Virus record (IMG/VR): IMGVR_UViG_3300045051_000846
Direction: 5' to 3' (one strand)
Length of the DNA: 64,000 nt
From: a virus
The notes beneath the pieces were generated by a model. The model was not told where the DNA came from and did not search any database. It saw nothing but the letters and a program-made list of their open reading frames with translations. A program made the position numbers and the translations under genes. Below are positions 17,704 through 26,860 of this stretch, one piece after another. Positions within the stretch are counted from its first letter, which is position 1; the number at the start of each line of letters is the position of its first letter.

Positions 17704-18366
17704 ATGAGCAACCTGCTGATGATCGGGTGCCGGACGAGCGACGGCCGCGACGACGGCCCCAACCACTTCATGATGGGGTTCCCGCGGGAGTTCGCCGCCC
17801 TGCTCATGAAGTACCTGGACGCCTACCTGGCGGCGAAGCGGGCGGTCGGCACCTCCGTCCACTGCGTCGAGATCTTTTACTCGGCCGGCGAGTGGGGGAA
17901 CGTCGCCGGGCTGGAGGTTGACCGCCGGACGCAGGACTGGGTGGCCCTGCCGTGGGACACCGAGATCGAGCAGCCGGAGTCGGTCGAGTTCGAGACGGTG
18001 AAGGTGATGGAGGACGGGGTGGTGTTCTCGGCGAGCTGGAAGAACGACGACAGCGGGGTGTACTTCGAGACGCCCGTGCTGCCGTGGCGGGTGATCCGGG
18101 ACGTGGCCCAGAGCGGCGAGCCGTCGAAGGACGCGTTCCCGGCGGCTACGATCGACATGGAGGAGAACGCCAAGCTCAAGGACGAGGACGAAGAAGACGC
18201 ACCGTTGCAGCGAAACTACTACCGCTGCTACCAGTGCCAGCACGAGTGGGAGGACGAGTACAACGGGCAGCCGGACGACGACTGCCCGGAGTGCGAGGCC
18301 CGCCACTGCTCGCCCTACAAGAGCGAGCTGGTCAACGAGGAGGACGACGATGAGCGCGACGGCTGA
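17704..18366 (+). CDS. hypothetical protein with C-terminal zinc ribbon
   Basis: YRCYQCQHEW...DCPEC. Confidence 0.75.
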   Translation: MSNLLMIGCRTSDGRDDGPNHFMMGFPREFAALLMKYLDAYLAAKRAVGTSVHCVEIFYSAGEWGNVAGLEVDRRTQDWVALPWDTEIEQPESVEFETVKVMEDGVVFSASWKNDDSGVYFETPVLPWRVIRDVAQSGEPSKDAFPAATIDMEENAKLKDEDEEDAPLQRNYYRCYQCQHEWEDEYNGQPDDDCPECEARHCSPYKSELVNEEDDDERDG

Positions 18367-18871
18367 GAACAAGGTGCGGCTGTCCGTCACCGTGACGGAC
18401 ATGGACGCGGTGCGGGCGGCCCTCGGCTACGCCGGGGACCGCACCGACGAGGTCAACAAGGCCAACCCCGGTAAGCACTACCCGACCGGCCGGTTCGTCC
18501 GGCTGGAGGGCGAGGTCGAGAAACTGCTGGCCCAGAAGCGGCTGCTGCGGTGGGGGCAGGCGGAGGTCGACGGGCGGCCGGTCCCGCGGGACTGGGACGC
18601 GATGATCGGCACGAAGACGGACGGGGCACTGTTCAGCCTGTCCTACCGGGAGACCTGCTACCGCCGCGGCCGGTGGTGCCTGCTGATCCAGGTGTTCGAG
18701 GGCGACCGCCACCACGACTGGGGCTGCTTCGACGCGGCCGACCAGCCGACCCGGTACTACCACGTCCTCGAAAACGCGATCGAGGAGGCGGAGGCCATCG
18801 CGGCGGTGCTGGTGGCCGACCGGATGGAGCGGGGGCCGATCGAGGGGTGGGTGCCCGATGGGAAGGCGTAA
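18350..18871 (+). CDS. hypothetical protein
   Basis: ORF track. Confidence 0.7.
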   Translation: MSATAENKVRLSVTVTDMDAVRAALGYAGDRTDEVNKANPGKHYPTGRFVRLEGEVEKLLAQKRLLRWGQAEVDGRPVPRDWDAMIGTKTDGALFSLSYRETCYRRGRWCLLIQVFEGDRHHDWGCFDAADQPTRYYHVLENAIEEAEAIAAVLVADRMERGPIEGWVPDGKA

Positions 18872-19421
18872 GCCCAAGCCCCAGGTGCCCGACTACCTGG
18901 ACCCGGAGGAGGTGAAGAAGCGGGTCGATGCCTTCATCGACAACCTCGTCGACGCGGAGATCGGCCCGTACCTCCACCTCCTGCTAGACACGGCCCAGCT
19001 GAAGACGAAGTACGACCTCCACTTCTCCATGGCGATGGGGTCGACGTGCCTGTACTGCGAGGCCCCGTGGCAGAAGGGGGCGTGGGACACGCCCGAGGAG
19101 GTCGGGTACGGCATCTGCCGGGACGGGGCGAAGGAGGCCCGCTGCCGGGAGAAGTTCCCGGAGCTGGTCGAGCTGTTCCGGTTCGTCCACGTCGTCGGCG
19201 ACACGATCTTCTGCGACGACATGTACCCGCGGGTCGGCCCGCGCAAGGACGACGGGACGCAAGACCCCGCCGACTACGTCGAGTACGGGCCGAACGACTT
19301 CCGGTGCAACGGGCCGAAGTGCACGTTCACCGGGATCGAGGACGACTTCCTGTACTCCAAGAAGAAGCGGTACTGCCAGGACTGTTTCAACGGCCGCGGG
19401 CCGTGGAAGGGGGGCAAGTGA
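18858..19421 (+). CDS. Cys-rich hypothetical protein
   Basis: CLYC, C..PKC, YCQDC. Confidence 0.7.
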   Translation: MGRRKPKPQVPDYLDPEEVKKRVDAFIDNLVDAEIGPYLHLLLDTAQLKTKYDLHFSMAMGSTCLYCEAPWQKGAWDTPEEVGYGICRDGAKEARCREKFPELVELFRFVHVVGDTIFCDDMYPRVGPRKDDGTQDPADYVEYGPNDFRCNGPKCTFTGIEDDFLYSKKKRYCQDCFNGRGPWKGGK

Positions 19422-19645
19422 TTCACCGCGTACCGCTCAACAACGGGCAGGTGCTCCTGGTCGAGGAGGACGACGGCAAGCTCAGCCTCGCCCAGGAGGA
19501 GCCGGGGTGCCCCGGGAAGCCGGGGTACTGGATCTGCCAGGTCAACAACGACGGTGTCCTGGTGCTCACCAGCTGCGGTGACGCCCCGGCCCGGCTGACG
19601 GAGGGGCTGAAGCGTGGCGAAGACGGAGAAGAAGCCCAGGGATAG
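19418..19645 (+). CDS. hypothetical protein
   Basis: GTGA coupling. Confidence 0.55.
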   Translation: MIHRVPLNNGQVLLVEEDDGKLSLAQEEPGCPGKPGYWICQVNNDGVLVLTSCGDAPARLTEGLKRGEDGEEAQG

Positions 19646-19802
19646 TCGCCCCGTCCACTACTGCACCCGGGTCGGGTTCAACAGTGCGACGTGGAAGACG
19701 GCCTGCGGCGAGAAGTACGACAAGGCCCGGCGGGCGGACGTCGTGCTCACCGCCGAGTGGGAGCACGTCACCTGCAAGAAGTGCAAGGCGGAGGAGCCAT
19801 GA
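19614..19802 (+). CDS. small zinc-finger protein
   Basis: H...TACG...VTCKKC. Confidence 0.6.
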   Translation: MAKTEKKPRDSRPVHYCTRVGFNSATWKTACGEKYDKARRADVVLTAEWEHVTCKKCKAEEP

Positions 19803-20089
19803 GCCGGAGAGTCGTCTACCAGGCCCGCCTCGCCATCCCGGAGACGATCGGGACGGCGACGCGGATCGTCATGCCGCAGGGCACGCGGATACTCGCGGTC
19901 ATGTGGACCGGCAGCCGGCTGGAGCTGAGCTGCGAGCAGCCGAGGGAGAAGACCGTCGACGTCCACCGGGGGTTCCTGGTCGTGCCGGGCGACGTGACGT
20001 TCGACCTGCCCGAGCACGCGCAGTACGTCGGCACCGTGTACCACCCGAACCACGGGGCGGTCCACGTGTACGACGTGTCGCCGGACTGA
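19799..20089 (+). CDS. small phage protein (P.G..ILAV family)
   Basis: ATGA coupling; MPQGTRILAV...YVGTV...HVY. Confidence 0.65.
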   Translation: MSRRVVYQARLAIPETIGTATRIVMPQGTRILAVMWTGSRLELSCEQPREKTVDVHRGFLVVPGDVTFDLPEHAQYVGTVYHPNHGAVHVYDVSPD

Positions 20090-20108
20090 CCCAAAAAGGG
20101 CTTTTGAG
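20090..20108 (+). repeat. dispersed motif site 4: CCCAAAAAGGGCTTTTGAG
   Basis: fills the whole gap between TGA 20089 and ATG 20109. Confidence 0.9.
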
Positions 20109-20378
20109 ATGGCCGACGACAAGACGTACCTGATCGAGGTCCGGCTGCGGGTCCGCGAGGTGCAAGCCTCCGAGCTCCAGCCGGGCGACCGCGTCTGGTA
20201 CTTCATCCGCAAGTACGCCGCCAGGAAGAAGCTGTCCGGCCCCGACCCGTACGGGCCGTTCACGGTGGTGACGACCGACCCGTTCGTCATCCGCAACAGC
20301 GGCGGCGTGGCCCTGCCCCTGCCGCCGGAGAACCTGATCCTGCTGGTGCCGACCGGCACGAGCCCGGAAATCATTTAG
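20109..20378 (+). CDS. hypothetical protein
   Basis: ATG directly follows the AAAA-N4-TTTT motif. Confidence 0.65.
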   Translation: MADDKTYLIEVRLRVREVQASELQPGDRVWYFIRKYAARKKLSGPDPYGPFTVVTTDPFVIRNSGGVALPLPPENLILLVPTGTSPEII

Positions 20379-20388
20379 GAGGTACGCC

Positions 20389-20583
20389 GTGAAACTGATC
20401 GAGATGACGGACGAGGAGGGGAACCAGATCCTGATCAACCCCGCCGCCGTGGTGTCCGTGAAGCCGTTCAACCGGGACAACGAGAAGAAGACCGGCGTCT
20501 TCGTCGTCAAACTCGTCGGCGGGGCGTTCGAGCGGGTGAAGGCCGGGTCGCTCGCCGGCCTGCGCGACGTCCTCACGAGCTGA
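20389..20583 (+). CDS. small beta-rich protein (FlbD-like LINP..V pattern)
   Basis: SD AGGAGG; ILINPAAVVSV. Confidence 0.65.
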   Translation: MKLIEMTDEEGNQILINPAAVVSVKPFNRDNEKKTGVFVVKLVGGAFERVKAGSLAGLRDVLTS

Positions 20584-22554
20584 CTACATGTCGTCCCAGT
20601 CCACCCGGCCGACCGGGTGGATGTGCTTCATCGCCTCCTTCGAGATCTTGAACTTCGCCGCCTCGGCGATGTTGGGCCACTTCTTCGTCATCCACCACAG
20701 GCAGCACGCGCCCATGTTGACCGAGTGGGCGAAGTCGTCGGGCTTGTTCGGGTTGCGGACGATGACGTACGTGTCGGACCCCAGCCGGCTGTCGACCTTC
20801 TCCTCGATCAGGGCGAGGAAGTCTTCGAGCAGCCCCGGCTGGTCGGCCGACACGTAGTCGTACTGGAAGAACCGGATCAGCCCGTACTTGATCGCCATGC
20901 ACGTCGTCACGAGCGACCGGGCCTTGTCCACGGCGTACCAGTCGTGGGGGTGGTCCTCGGTCGACTCGTGGAAGTTCATGATCGAGTGGCCGAACCCCTG
21001 GTAGCGGATGTTGATGATGTTGGTCGGCGGGATGCCGCTCTGGTACAGCAGCACGAGCCGGCCCTCGCCGGCCCCGCTGTAGTCGTGGACGATGTGCGAG
21101 CACTTGAACTGCGTCATCGCCTCCAGGGCCAGCTTCGCCTCGTACTCCCAGTCGTGGGTGCGGATCGAGCGGTGGCCCCAGAGCACGTCCACCTTCCCGT
21201 CGGCCGTCATGCCGAGCACGGCCAGCGTGGTGTAGCTGGTCCGCTCGCGCTTCTGCTCGCCCGTCTTGCCGGCCGACCCGCGGACCGTGCCGCCGCCGCC
21301 GCCCCAGTCCACGGACAGGATGCGGCGGACGTACCGCTTCAGGTGCTTCTTGGCCTCGGCCGCCTTGCGGACCCACGGCAGCACGCACGCCGCCTTGAGC
21401 TCCGACACGGTCACCAGCTTCGACCCGGAGTCGCACGACTCGCCGCAGACCTCGTTGAGGAACGTGGTCGGCGTCGTGTTGGCCCGCCCCTGCATCTTGC
21501 CCACGAGCGCGTCCCACTTCTCGTGGGAGGCGTAGTGCATGGGCATGATGATCTGCGGGACGTGGTAGCCGGCCTGCGACCACCGGCGTTCCGGGAACCG
21601 GTGCACCCACCGCCCCGTCCGCGGGTTGAGCGGCTTGCGGCAGCTGGCGCACAGCACGCCGGGACACTTCTCCGAGATCTCCTTGTGCCACGGGCCGATC
21701 ATGTCGAGGAGGTCGTTGTCCTGGCACGGCACGTTCCAGTACCCGCACCCGCCCTGGAGGCACTTGATCATCCACTCGGCCTGGCTGCTGTCCTGCCAGA
21801 GCTTTTCGATGGTGTTGTCGAGCGACTTGGGGGTGCCGGCGTACTGCTTCAGGGCGTAGGGCGAGCCGGACAGGGTCTCGTGGATGATCTGGAGGAAGTC
21901 GTAGTTCATGTCCTGGACTTCGTCGATCACGTTCTTGTCGGCGGGGATACCGCGGGTACGCTCGGCGTCCAGGAACGCGTACGAGAAGTACATCGCGGCC
22001 CCGTTCAGGAAGGTCCGCTGCAAGACGCTGTTCATCGTCTTGGTGCCGAGCCACAGCTTGCGGGCGGGCGACTCCTCCAGGAACTGCCGGACGTAGTTGT
22101 GCGAGAACCGCCGGATCATCTCGAACAGGGGCGTGACGTAGAGCGTCGAGAAGTACGGGATGGAGTTGGAGAACACTACGCCCTGGGCGGCCAGCGACGT
22201 CGACTTCGACACCTGGCGGCCGGTCTTCAGCAGCACCGTCTTCGGCATCCGGGTGCGGAAGAACGGCTCGAACGGGAAGTAGTTGTGGAGGCGGTACGGC
22301 TTGCCCTTCAACCGCAGCAGAAGTGGCAGGATGGGCTTCAGGGTCGCCATCCCGGCCTGACGCATCGCCCGCTGGGCGAGGATCAGTTCCTTGGCGGCCT
22401 GGTCCTCGAACCCGGTCAGTTCGGGGAGCTTCTTCCTGAGCTCGGCGGCCCGCAGCAGGATGGCCTGCTTGCGGTCGTCGGCGGCGGCCTGCTTCGCCCT
22501 GTCGTCGTGGAGGTCGAGGCCCTTGACCTTTACCGGGGCCGGCTGACTAGCCAT
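20584..22554 (-). CDS. terL: terminase large subunit, GpA-like
   Basis: KTGRQVSKST Walker A, RTRGI..D...IDEVQD Walker B, YAGTPK coupling motif, CxxCG..N and GYH nuclease-side motifs, SVDWGGG, PDDFAHS. Confidence 0.88.
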   Translation of the reverse strand: MASQPAPVKVKGLDLHDDRAKQAAADDRKQAILLRAAELRKKLPELTGFEDQAAKELILAQRAMRQAGMATLKPILPLLLRLKGKPYRLHNYFPFEPFFRTRMPKTVLLKTGRQVSKSTSLAAQGVVFSNSIPYFSTLYVTPLFEMIRRFSHNYVRQFLEESPARKLWLGTKTMNSVLQRTFLNGAAMYFSYAFLDAERTRGIPADKNVIDEVQDMNYDFLQIIHETLSGSPYALKQYAGTPKSLDNTIEKLWQDSSQAEWMIKCLQGGCGYWNVPCQDNDLLDMIGPWHKEISEKCPGVLCASCRKPLNPRTGRWVHRFPERRWSQAGYHVPQIIMPMHYASHEKWDALVGKMQGRANTTPTTFLNEVCGESCDSGSKLVTVSELKAACVLPWVRKAAEAKKHLKRYVRRILSVDWGGGGGTVRGSAGKTGEQKRERTSYTTLAVLGMTADGKVDVLWGHRSIRTHDWEYEAKLALEAMTQFKCSHIVHDYSGAGEGRLVLLYQSGIPPTNIINIRYQGFGHSIMNFHESTEDHPHDWYAVDKARSLVTTCMAIKYGLIRFFQYDYVSADQPGLLEDFLALIEEKVDSRLGSDTYVIVRNPNKPDDFAHSVNMGACCLWWMTKKWPNIAEAAKFKISKEAMKHIHPVGRVDWDDM

Positions 22555-22737
22555 GCGGACGTCCGTGTCTCGTACGCGCGGCGTCGTGCCGCGACGGGTT
22601 GAGTGTAGACCCGCGAAAGCGGGATAGCAAGCAGCCGCCCCGGCGGGCGGGGCGGCCTTAACAACCACCGACGTTTCACCGGCGCGCCGGGTTTGGTAGG
22701 CTTTGTGGGCCGGGGCGACGATACCAGGAGTCAATCC
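22555..22737. promoter_or_regulatory. divergent intergenic region with four hairpins/palindromes
   Basis: CGCGGC/GCCGCG 22577-22593; CCCGC-GAAA-GCGGG 22610-22623; 9-bp stem 22634-22656; CCGGCGCGCCGG 22679-22690. Confidence 0.45.
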
Positions 22738-23202
22738 GTGGAGCAACTGACGAAGCGGCAGTGGGTCATGCTACAGCAGGCCCTGACCGGCTACCGCCGG
22801 GCCAGGGAGGAGGACGTCACGTTCTTCTGGGACGAGGACCACGACGGCGAGTGCCCGACGGTCGCGGAGATCGACGCGCTGGCCGGGCTGGTCGGCGGGA
22901 TGCTGCACAGCGTCGACGACGAGCCGGCCGACCCGATGAAGGACGGCAAGCCGTACATCACGGACAACGAGCGCGTCATCAGTGTCCTGCTGCTGACCGA
23001 CGCCGGCATGAAGCCGGGCAGCGCGATCGACCACGACATCAAGGTCGTGGAGGAGGCGGTCGCCGGGTGGACCGACGACCAGAAGGCGGCGGCGTTCGAG
23101 TGGGCGGCCCTCTCGCACCTCGCCGCCGGCGACAACGACGACGTGGAGGTGCCCGAGTGTCCGCCGCACGTGGAGGCGATCCGGCCCAAGTACGGCAGCT
23201 GA
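22738..23202 (+). CDS. hypothetical acidic protein
   Basis: SD CAGGAG, GTG 22738. Confidence 0.7.
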   Translation: MEQLTKRQWVMLQQALTGYRRAREEDVTFFWDEDHDGECPTVAEIDALAGLVGGMLHSVDDEPADPMKDGKPYITDNERVISVLLLTDAGMKPGSAIDHDIKVVEEAVAGWTDDQKAAAFEWAALSHLAAGDNDDVEVPECPPHVEAIRPKYGS

Positions 23203-23564
23203 CCGCGTTCGCCCTCCCGGAGTACCTACAGGCCGACGTGCGGGAGGTGTGGTTCCGGGCCGACGACCTGCGGCTGTACACCGAGCACCCGGGCCACTGG
23301 GCACAGTACGAGCTGCTGCACGCGGTCTTCGTGGACAGCATCGTCGTGCACCCCGACCACTGGCGGCGGGGCATCTGCCGCCGGTTCGTCGAGTCGCTGC
23401 GGGACGACGCCCGGTTCGAGCTGGCCGTCGTCGGGATGGTGATGAACCCCCACCTGTGGAACGCCCTCGCCCGCTGGGGCTGGACGTGCAACCGGCGGGT
23501 GCAGGACTTCTACTGGCCGCACTCGGAGGCCGCCAAGGCGGCGGTCGCCCGTGTGCCCAGGTAA
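23199..23564 (+). CDS. GNAT-fold acetyltransferase-like protein, start uncertain (CTG?)
   Basis: SIVVHPDHWRRGICRRF acetyl-CoA-binding motif A; N..L...L..WGW. Confidence 0.6.
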   Translation: MTAFALPEYLQADVREVWFRADDLRLYTEHPGHWAQYELLHAVFVDSIVVHPDHWRRGICRRFVESLRDDARFELAVVGMVMNPHLWNALARWGWTCNRRVQDFYWPHSEAAKAAVARVPR

Positions 23565-23581
23565 CCACGGAGGGTCACGAC

Positions 23582-23806
23582 ATGGCGGTCTCCCGCAACC
23601 CGGTGGAGTACATGCGGCGGCACGGGATGGTGGACGAGCCGGCCCGGCCCCGGCCGCGGCTGGACGTGGGCGCGCTCCTGGTGCACTCGGTCCCGCTGGC
23701 GTCGCCGCCCAAGCCGACGCCGGACGTGCTGGTCCCGTTCGAGGGGAACCCCATCCCGGACCGGGGGACCGCCCGGCCGTGGCCGGCCCAGACGGAGGAC
23801 GAATGA
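23582..23806 (+). CDS. Pro-rich hypothetical protein
   Basis: SD GGAGG, ATG 23582. Confidence 0.55.
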   Translation: MAVSRNPVEYMRRHGMVDEPARPRPRLDVGALLVHSVPLASPPKPTPDVLVPFEGNPIPDRGTARPWPAQTEDE

Positions 23807-23988
23807 GTAGCGTGCTGACGTTCGTAATGGTCGGCGGCGTGGTGGTCGGCGTCGTCATCTACGCGGTGACGGGGGCCGTGTGGCAGGCGGTGCCCATCGG
23901 GCTCGCCCTGGTCGTGTGCAAGTTCGCCCAGCGGGCTCTGGAGACGGAGCCGCCGACGGGGCCGCCCAAGAAGGGAGCGAAGAAGTGA
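23803..23988 (+). CDS. small membrane protein (two hydrophobic segments)
   Basis: hydrophobic stretches with basic C-terminus. Confidence 0.65.
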   Translation: MSSVLTFVMVGGVVVGVVIYAVTGAVWQAVPIGLALVVCKFAQRALETEPPTGPPKKGAKK

Positions 23989-24647
23989 TCTCGGCAACGG
24001 AACTCGCGGTCGCCGCCCTGGCGACGTGGCAGGTGGTGGAGATCTGGCACCACTCGTCCCTGTTCGCCCCGCTGCGGGCCAGGGCCGAGCTGCTGGAGGG
24101 GCGGCTGTCCGAGCTGCTGGGCTGCCCGTTCTGCCTGAGCGTGTGGGTCGGGACGCTAGTCGGGGCGGTCGTGCTCGTGCCGGTCCCGGCCGCCCCGGAC
24201 CCGGCGTGGGGGGTGGCCTGGGTGGGCATGTTCCTGTCCGGCTGGCTGATCGGGACGGCGTGGAACTCGCTGCTCCGGGCGTTGCACGTGCCGGACTCCT
24301 ACCCCCGCTGGACGTACTGGTTCTGGGGCCTCGTCAGCGTCGGGCTGTTCGTCGTCTGGGTGTACCTGCTGTGCTCCCCCGGGTGGCCGGTCGTGCCCTG
24401 GCTGGCGGTGCTGGTGCTCAAGCTCGCGGTGCTAGGGTTTGCCCTTTCCAGGCTCGCCAACCTGGGCAATGATCTTACCCGACACCGGTGCCGCACCCCC
24501 CGCATGAACAAGCTCGATCACACGGGGGACGGCGACGACGACACGCGGCCCACGGCCGAGGAGAAGCAGGATGTCGGACCACCCCCAGCAACCGTCCCCG
24601 GCCCCGGCTACTGGGGAGGAACCCCGGGCGGCTCACCCCCCGTTTGA
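23985..24647 (+). CDS. DUF1360-like membrane protein with extra TM segments
   Basis: LF..LR...ELLGCPFCLSVWVG; several hydrophobic segments. Confidence 0.65.
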   Translation: MISATELAVAALATWQVVEIWHHSSLFAPLRARAELLEGRLSELLGCPFCLSVWVGTLVGAVVLVPVPAAPDPAWGVAWVGMFLSGWLIGTAWNSLLRALHVPDSYPRWTYWFWGLVSVGLFVVWVYLLCSPGWPVVPWLAVLVLKLAVLGFALSRLANLGNDLTRHRCRTPRMNKLDHTGDGDDDTRPTAEEKQDVGPPPATVPGPGYWGGTPGGSPPV

Positions 24648-25032
24648 CGTCGCGGTGGCCGAACGCCTCCGGCTGTGCATCCAGGACATCGTCCTGCACC
24701 ACCCGGAGGTCAAGGCGGTCGCGGCGTCGGTGGCGTGGCAGGGCGACCTCAACGACGCCAACATCAACCACGGCGTCTGGCTGGGGGTCGACGGCCCCGT
24801 CCTCACCCCGGACGGGATCTTCGGCAGCATCCAGCAGACGCTGAAGATGCTCGGGGAGCAGTTCGGGCGGGCCGACCAGCTCGTCGGGCACTACCAGGAC
24901 CGGGGGCAGCTGCTCGGTCAGGAGCTCGTGGCGAAGCATGAAGAACTCGAAACGCTCCAAGCGCAAATCGAAGCGAAGCGGCAAGAGCTCAAGGCCCTCT
25001 ACGGGGAGTCCGACGGCGGAGCCCCTGTCTGA
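24571..25032 (+). CDS. hypothetical protein with C-terminal coiled coil
   Basis: ORF track; heptad-like C-terminus. Confidence 0.65.
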   Translation: MSDHPQQPSPAPATGEEPRAAHPPFDVAVAERLRLCIQDIVLHHPEVKAVAASVAWQGDLNDANINHGVWLGVDGPVLTPDGIFGSIQQTLKMLGEQFGRADQLVGHYQDRGQLLGQELVAKHEELETLQAQIEAKRQELKALYGESDGGAPV

Positions 25033-25621
25033 CGTCGAGAAGGAGACGCTGGAGGAGCTGCTGGCCCGCCTGAAGATCAAGACCTGGGACATCCTCCTCA
25101 TCGGGGACGGGTCCGGGTCGAACTGGAGCCGGGAGGCCGGCTGGGCGTCGGTCAGCATTGAGAAGGTGACGATGGAGCGGCTGGTGTTCTCGGGGCTCGT
25201 CAACCGGGGCACCGTCAACCTGGCCGAGATGATGGCCTACGTCCAGCCGCTCGACTACTTCAGCGGGCGGGAGGCGGACCGCCGGAAGCAGAAGCAGGCC
25301 CCCATGCGGGCGTTCCAGGTCCACATCATCACCGACTCCGACTACTGCCGCCGGACGGGCAGCAGCGAGGGGCGGATGATGGACAAGAACGCCGGCCTGT
25401 GGGCCGTGTTCGGCGTGTACGCCAGGCACGGGTTCGTCCTCAACTGGCACCACGTCCGGGGCCACACGGAGGGGGAGGGTTGTGCCCTGAACCAGTATTG
25501 CGATAAGCTGTCGAAGCTGAGCCGCAAGCTGGCGAAGGCCAACAAGCTCCAGGACCGGCTGGCGGAGTCCGGGGCGGAGCCGCGGACGGTGTACGAGATC
25601 AATCCATCGGAGGTCGAGTGA
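24938..25621 (+). CDS. rnhA: ribonuclease HI-like protein
   Basis: IGDGS, N.AE, ITDSDY, WHHVRGH, N..CD: full D-E-D-H-D set. Confidence 0.85.
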   Translation: MKNSKRSKRKSKRSGKSSRPSTGSPTAEPLSDVEKETLEELLARLKIKTWDILLIGDGSGSNWSREAGWASVSIEKVTMERLVFSGLVNRGTVNLAEMMAYVQPLDYFSGREADRRKQKQAPMRAFQVHIITDSDYCRRTGSSEGRMMDKNAGLWAVFGVYARHGFVLNWHHVRGHTEGEGCALNQYCDKLSKLSRKLAKANKLQDRLAESGAEPRTVYEINPSEVE

Positions 25622-26127
25622 TCATCGCGGAGGGCCGGCTCAGCGTGAAGTGGTACGAGCCGGTCCACATCGACCAGCTGCGTGACCTGCACCGCTGCTG
25701 CTTCCCGGCCGAGCAGTGGAAGCGGGGCGACTTCCAGAAGTTCGTCGACAACCGGAGCGGCCGTAACAACGTCGTGAAGGTGCTGGTCGACGAGAGGGAG
25801 ACGGTGTACGGCTCCATGCTGTACACCCTGGACGCGGCGTCGTGCCGGTTCCGCCGGGTGGCGGTCTGGCCCGACTACCGGCGGCGGGGGCTGGGGGCGT
25901 TCATGCTGAACTCGTTGTGCGGCCCGACCAGCCCGTTCCAGCGTAAGCTGTTCCTGGCCCGGGTGCGTGAAGACAACGCGGTCGCCCAGCTGTTCTTCCG
26001 GGACGGGATGGGGTTCCAGTTCGACCCGGAGAGGCCGCGGGAGAAGGCGGAGGGGACCGAGCTCGACTACTACGAGTTCACGTTCGTGAAACCGGGGGCC
26101 AAGGTCGTCGTCGTGGACGACGAGTGA
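25618..26127 (+). CDS. GNAT acetyltransferase, RimI-like
   Basis: VAVWPDYRRRGLGAFML; LARVREDNAVAQLFF..MGF. Confidence 0.85.
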   Translation: MIIAEGRLSVKWYEPVHIDQLRDLHRCCFPAEQWKRGDFQKFVDNRSGRNNVVKVLVDERETVYGSMLYTLDAASCRFRRVAVWPDYRRRGLGAFMLNSLCGPTSPFQRKLFLARVREDNAVAQLFFRDGMGFQFDPERPREKAEGTELDYYEFTFVKPGAKVVVVDDE

Positions 26128-26651
26128 CCGCCCGGACGGCGAGACGCAGCACGGAGGCCGCGCACGAAAGTGCCGCGGCTTTTTTCATGGGCAAGACGAA
26201 GGAACCGGTGACGCCGTACCTGGAGAACCTGGGGTCGCTGATCACCTACAAGCTGGAGCAGGGCGGGGAGGACCACCTCCTGGGCAGCCTGATGGACTTC
26301 CGGGAGCGGGGCGTGTTCGACGCCACGTTCGGCAAGGTGCCGGTCACGCCCGAGCAGGCGGAGATCCACAACAGGCTCCTGGACGAGGCCCTGGTCGAGG
26401 GTCTGGACAACCGGTGCGAGGTCGGCCAGGGCGGGCAGTTCTACATGCACGGCACACCTGACTCGACGCTGACGTTGTGCGTGAAGACGTTCACCGGGAC
26501 GGTAGTCGCCGACTACACGGACATCGGGGTCAAGCCGTTCCGCGGGAAGAAGACCGTGTTCGACGTCGAGTTCGACCGGAAGGGGAAGACGTTCCGCGGC
26601 CGGTGGACGCCGGCCGAGCAAGACCTGACGTTCTTCGTGAGGGTGAGCTGA
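26124..26651 (+). CDS. hypothetical protein (alternative ATG 26187)
   Basis: ORF track. Confidence 0.65.
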   Translation: MTARTARRSTEAAHESAAAFFMGKTKEPVTPYLENLGSLITYKLEQGGEDHLLGSLMDFRERGVFDATFGKVPVTPEQAEIHNRLLDEALVEGLDNRCEVGQGGQFYMHGTPDSTLTLCVKTFTGTVVADYTDIGVKPFRGKKTVFDVEFDRKGKTFRGRWTPAEQDLTFFVRVS

Positions 26652-26860
26652 TGGCCCTCACCGCCAAGGAGCAGACCGAGTACGCCGCGAAGCTGGCCGA
26701 GCACTTCGGCAAGTGCCCGCGGTGCGACGGGGGCGACCTGGACGCGTCGGACTACGACGGCGACCGCACCATGAGCTGCAAGGTCGTGTGCGGCGGGTGC
26801 GGCCTGGAGTGGACCGAGCTGTACCGGTTCGAGCAGGCCGTCAACTTCGGGGAGGGGTAG
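26651..26860 (+). CDS. small zinc-ribbon protein
   Basis: CPRC...CGGC..EW.E.Y. Confidence 0.7.
   Translation: MALTAKEQTEYAAKLAEHFGKCPRCDGGDLDASDYDGDRTMSCKVVCGGCGLEWTELYRFEQAVNFGEG

Noticed and set aside
26167-26185. AAAG...CTTTTTT as a motif site or terminator
   Set aside because: Spacer is not N4 and the stem is too short; lies within or at the start of an ORF.
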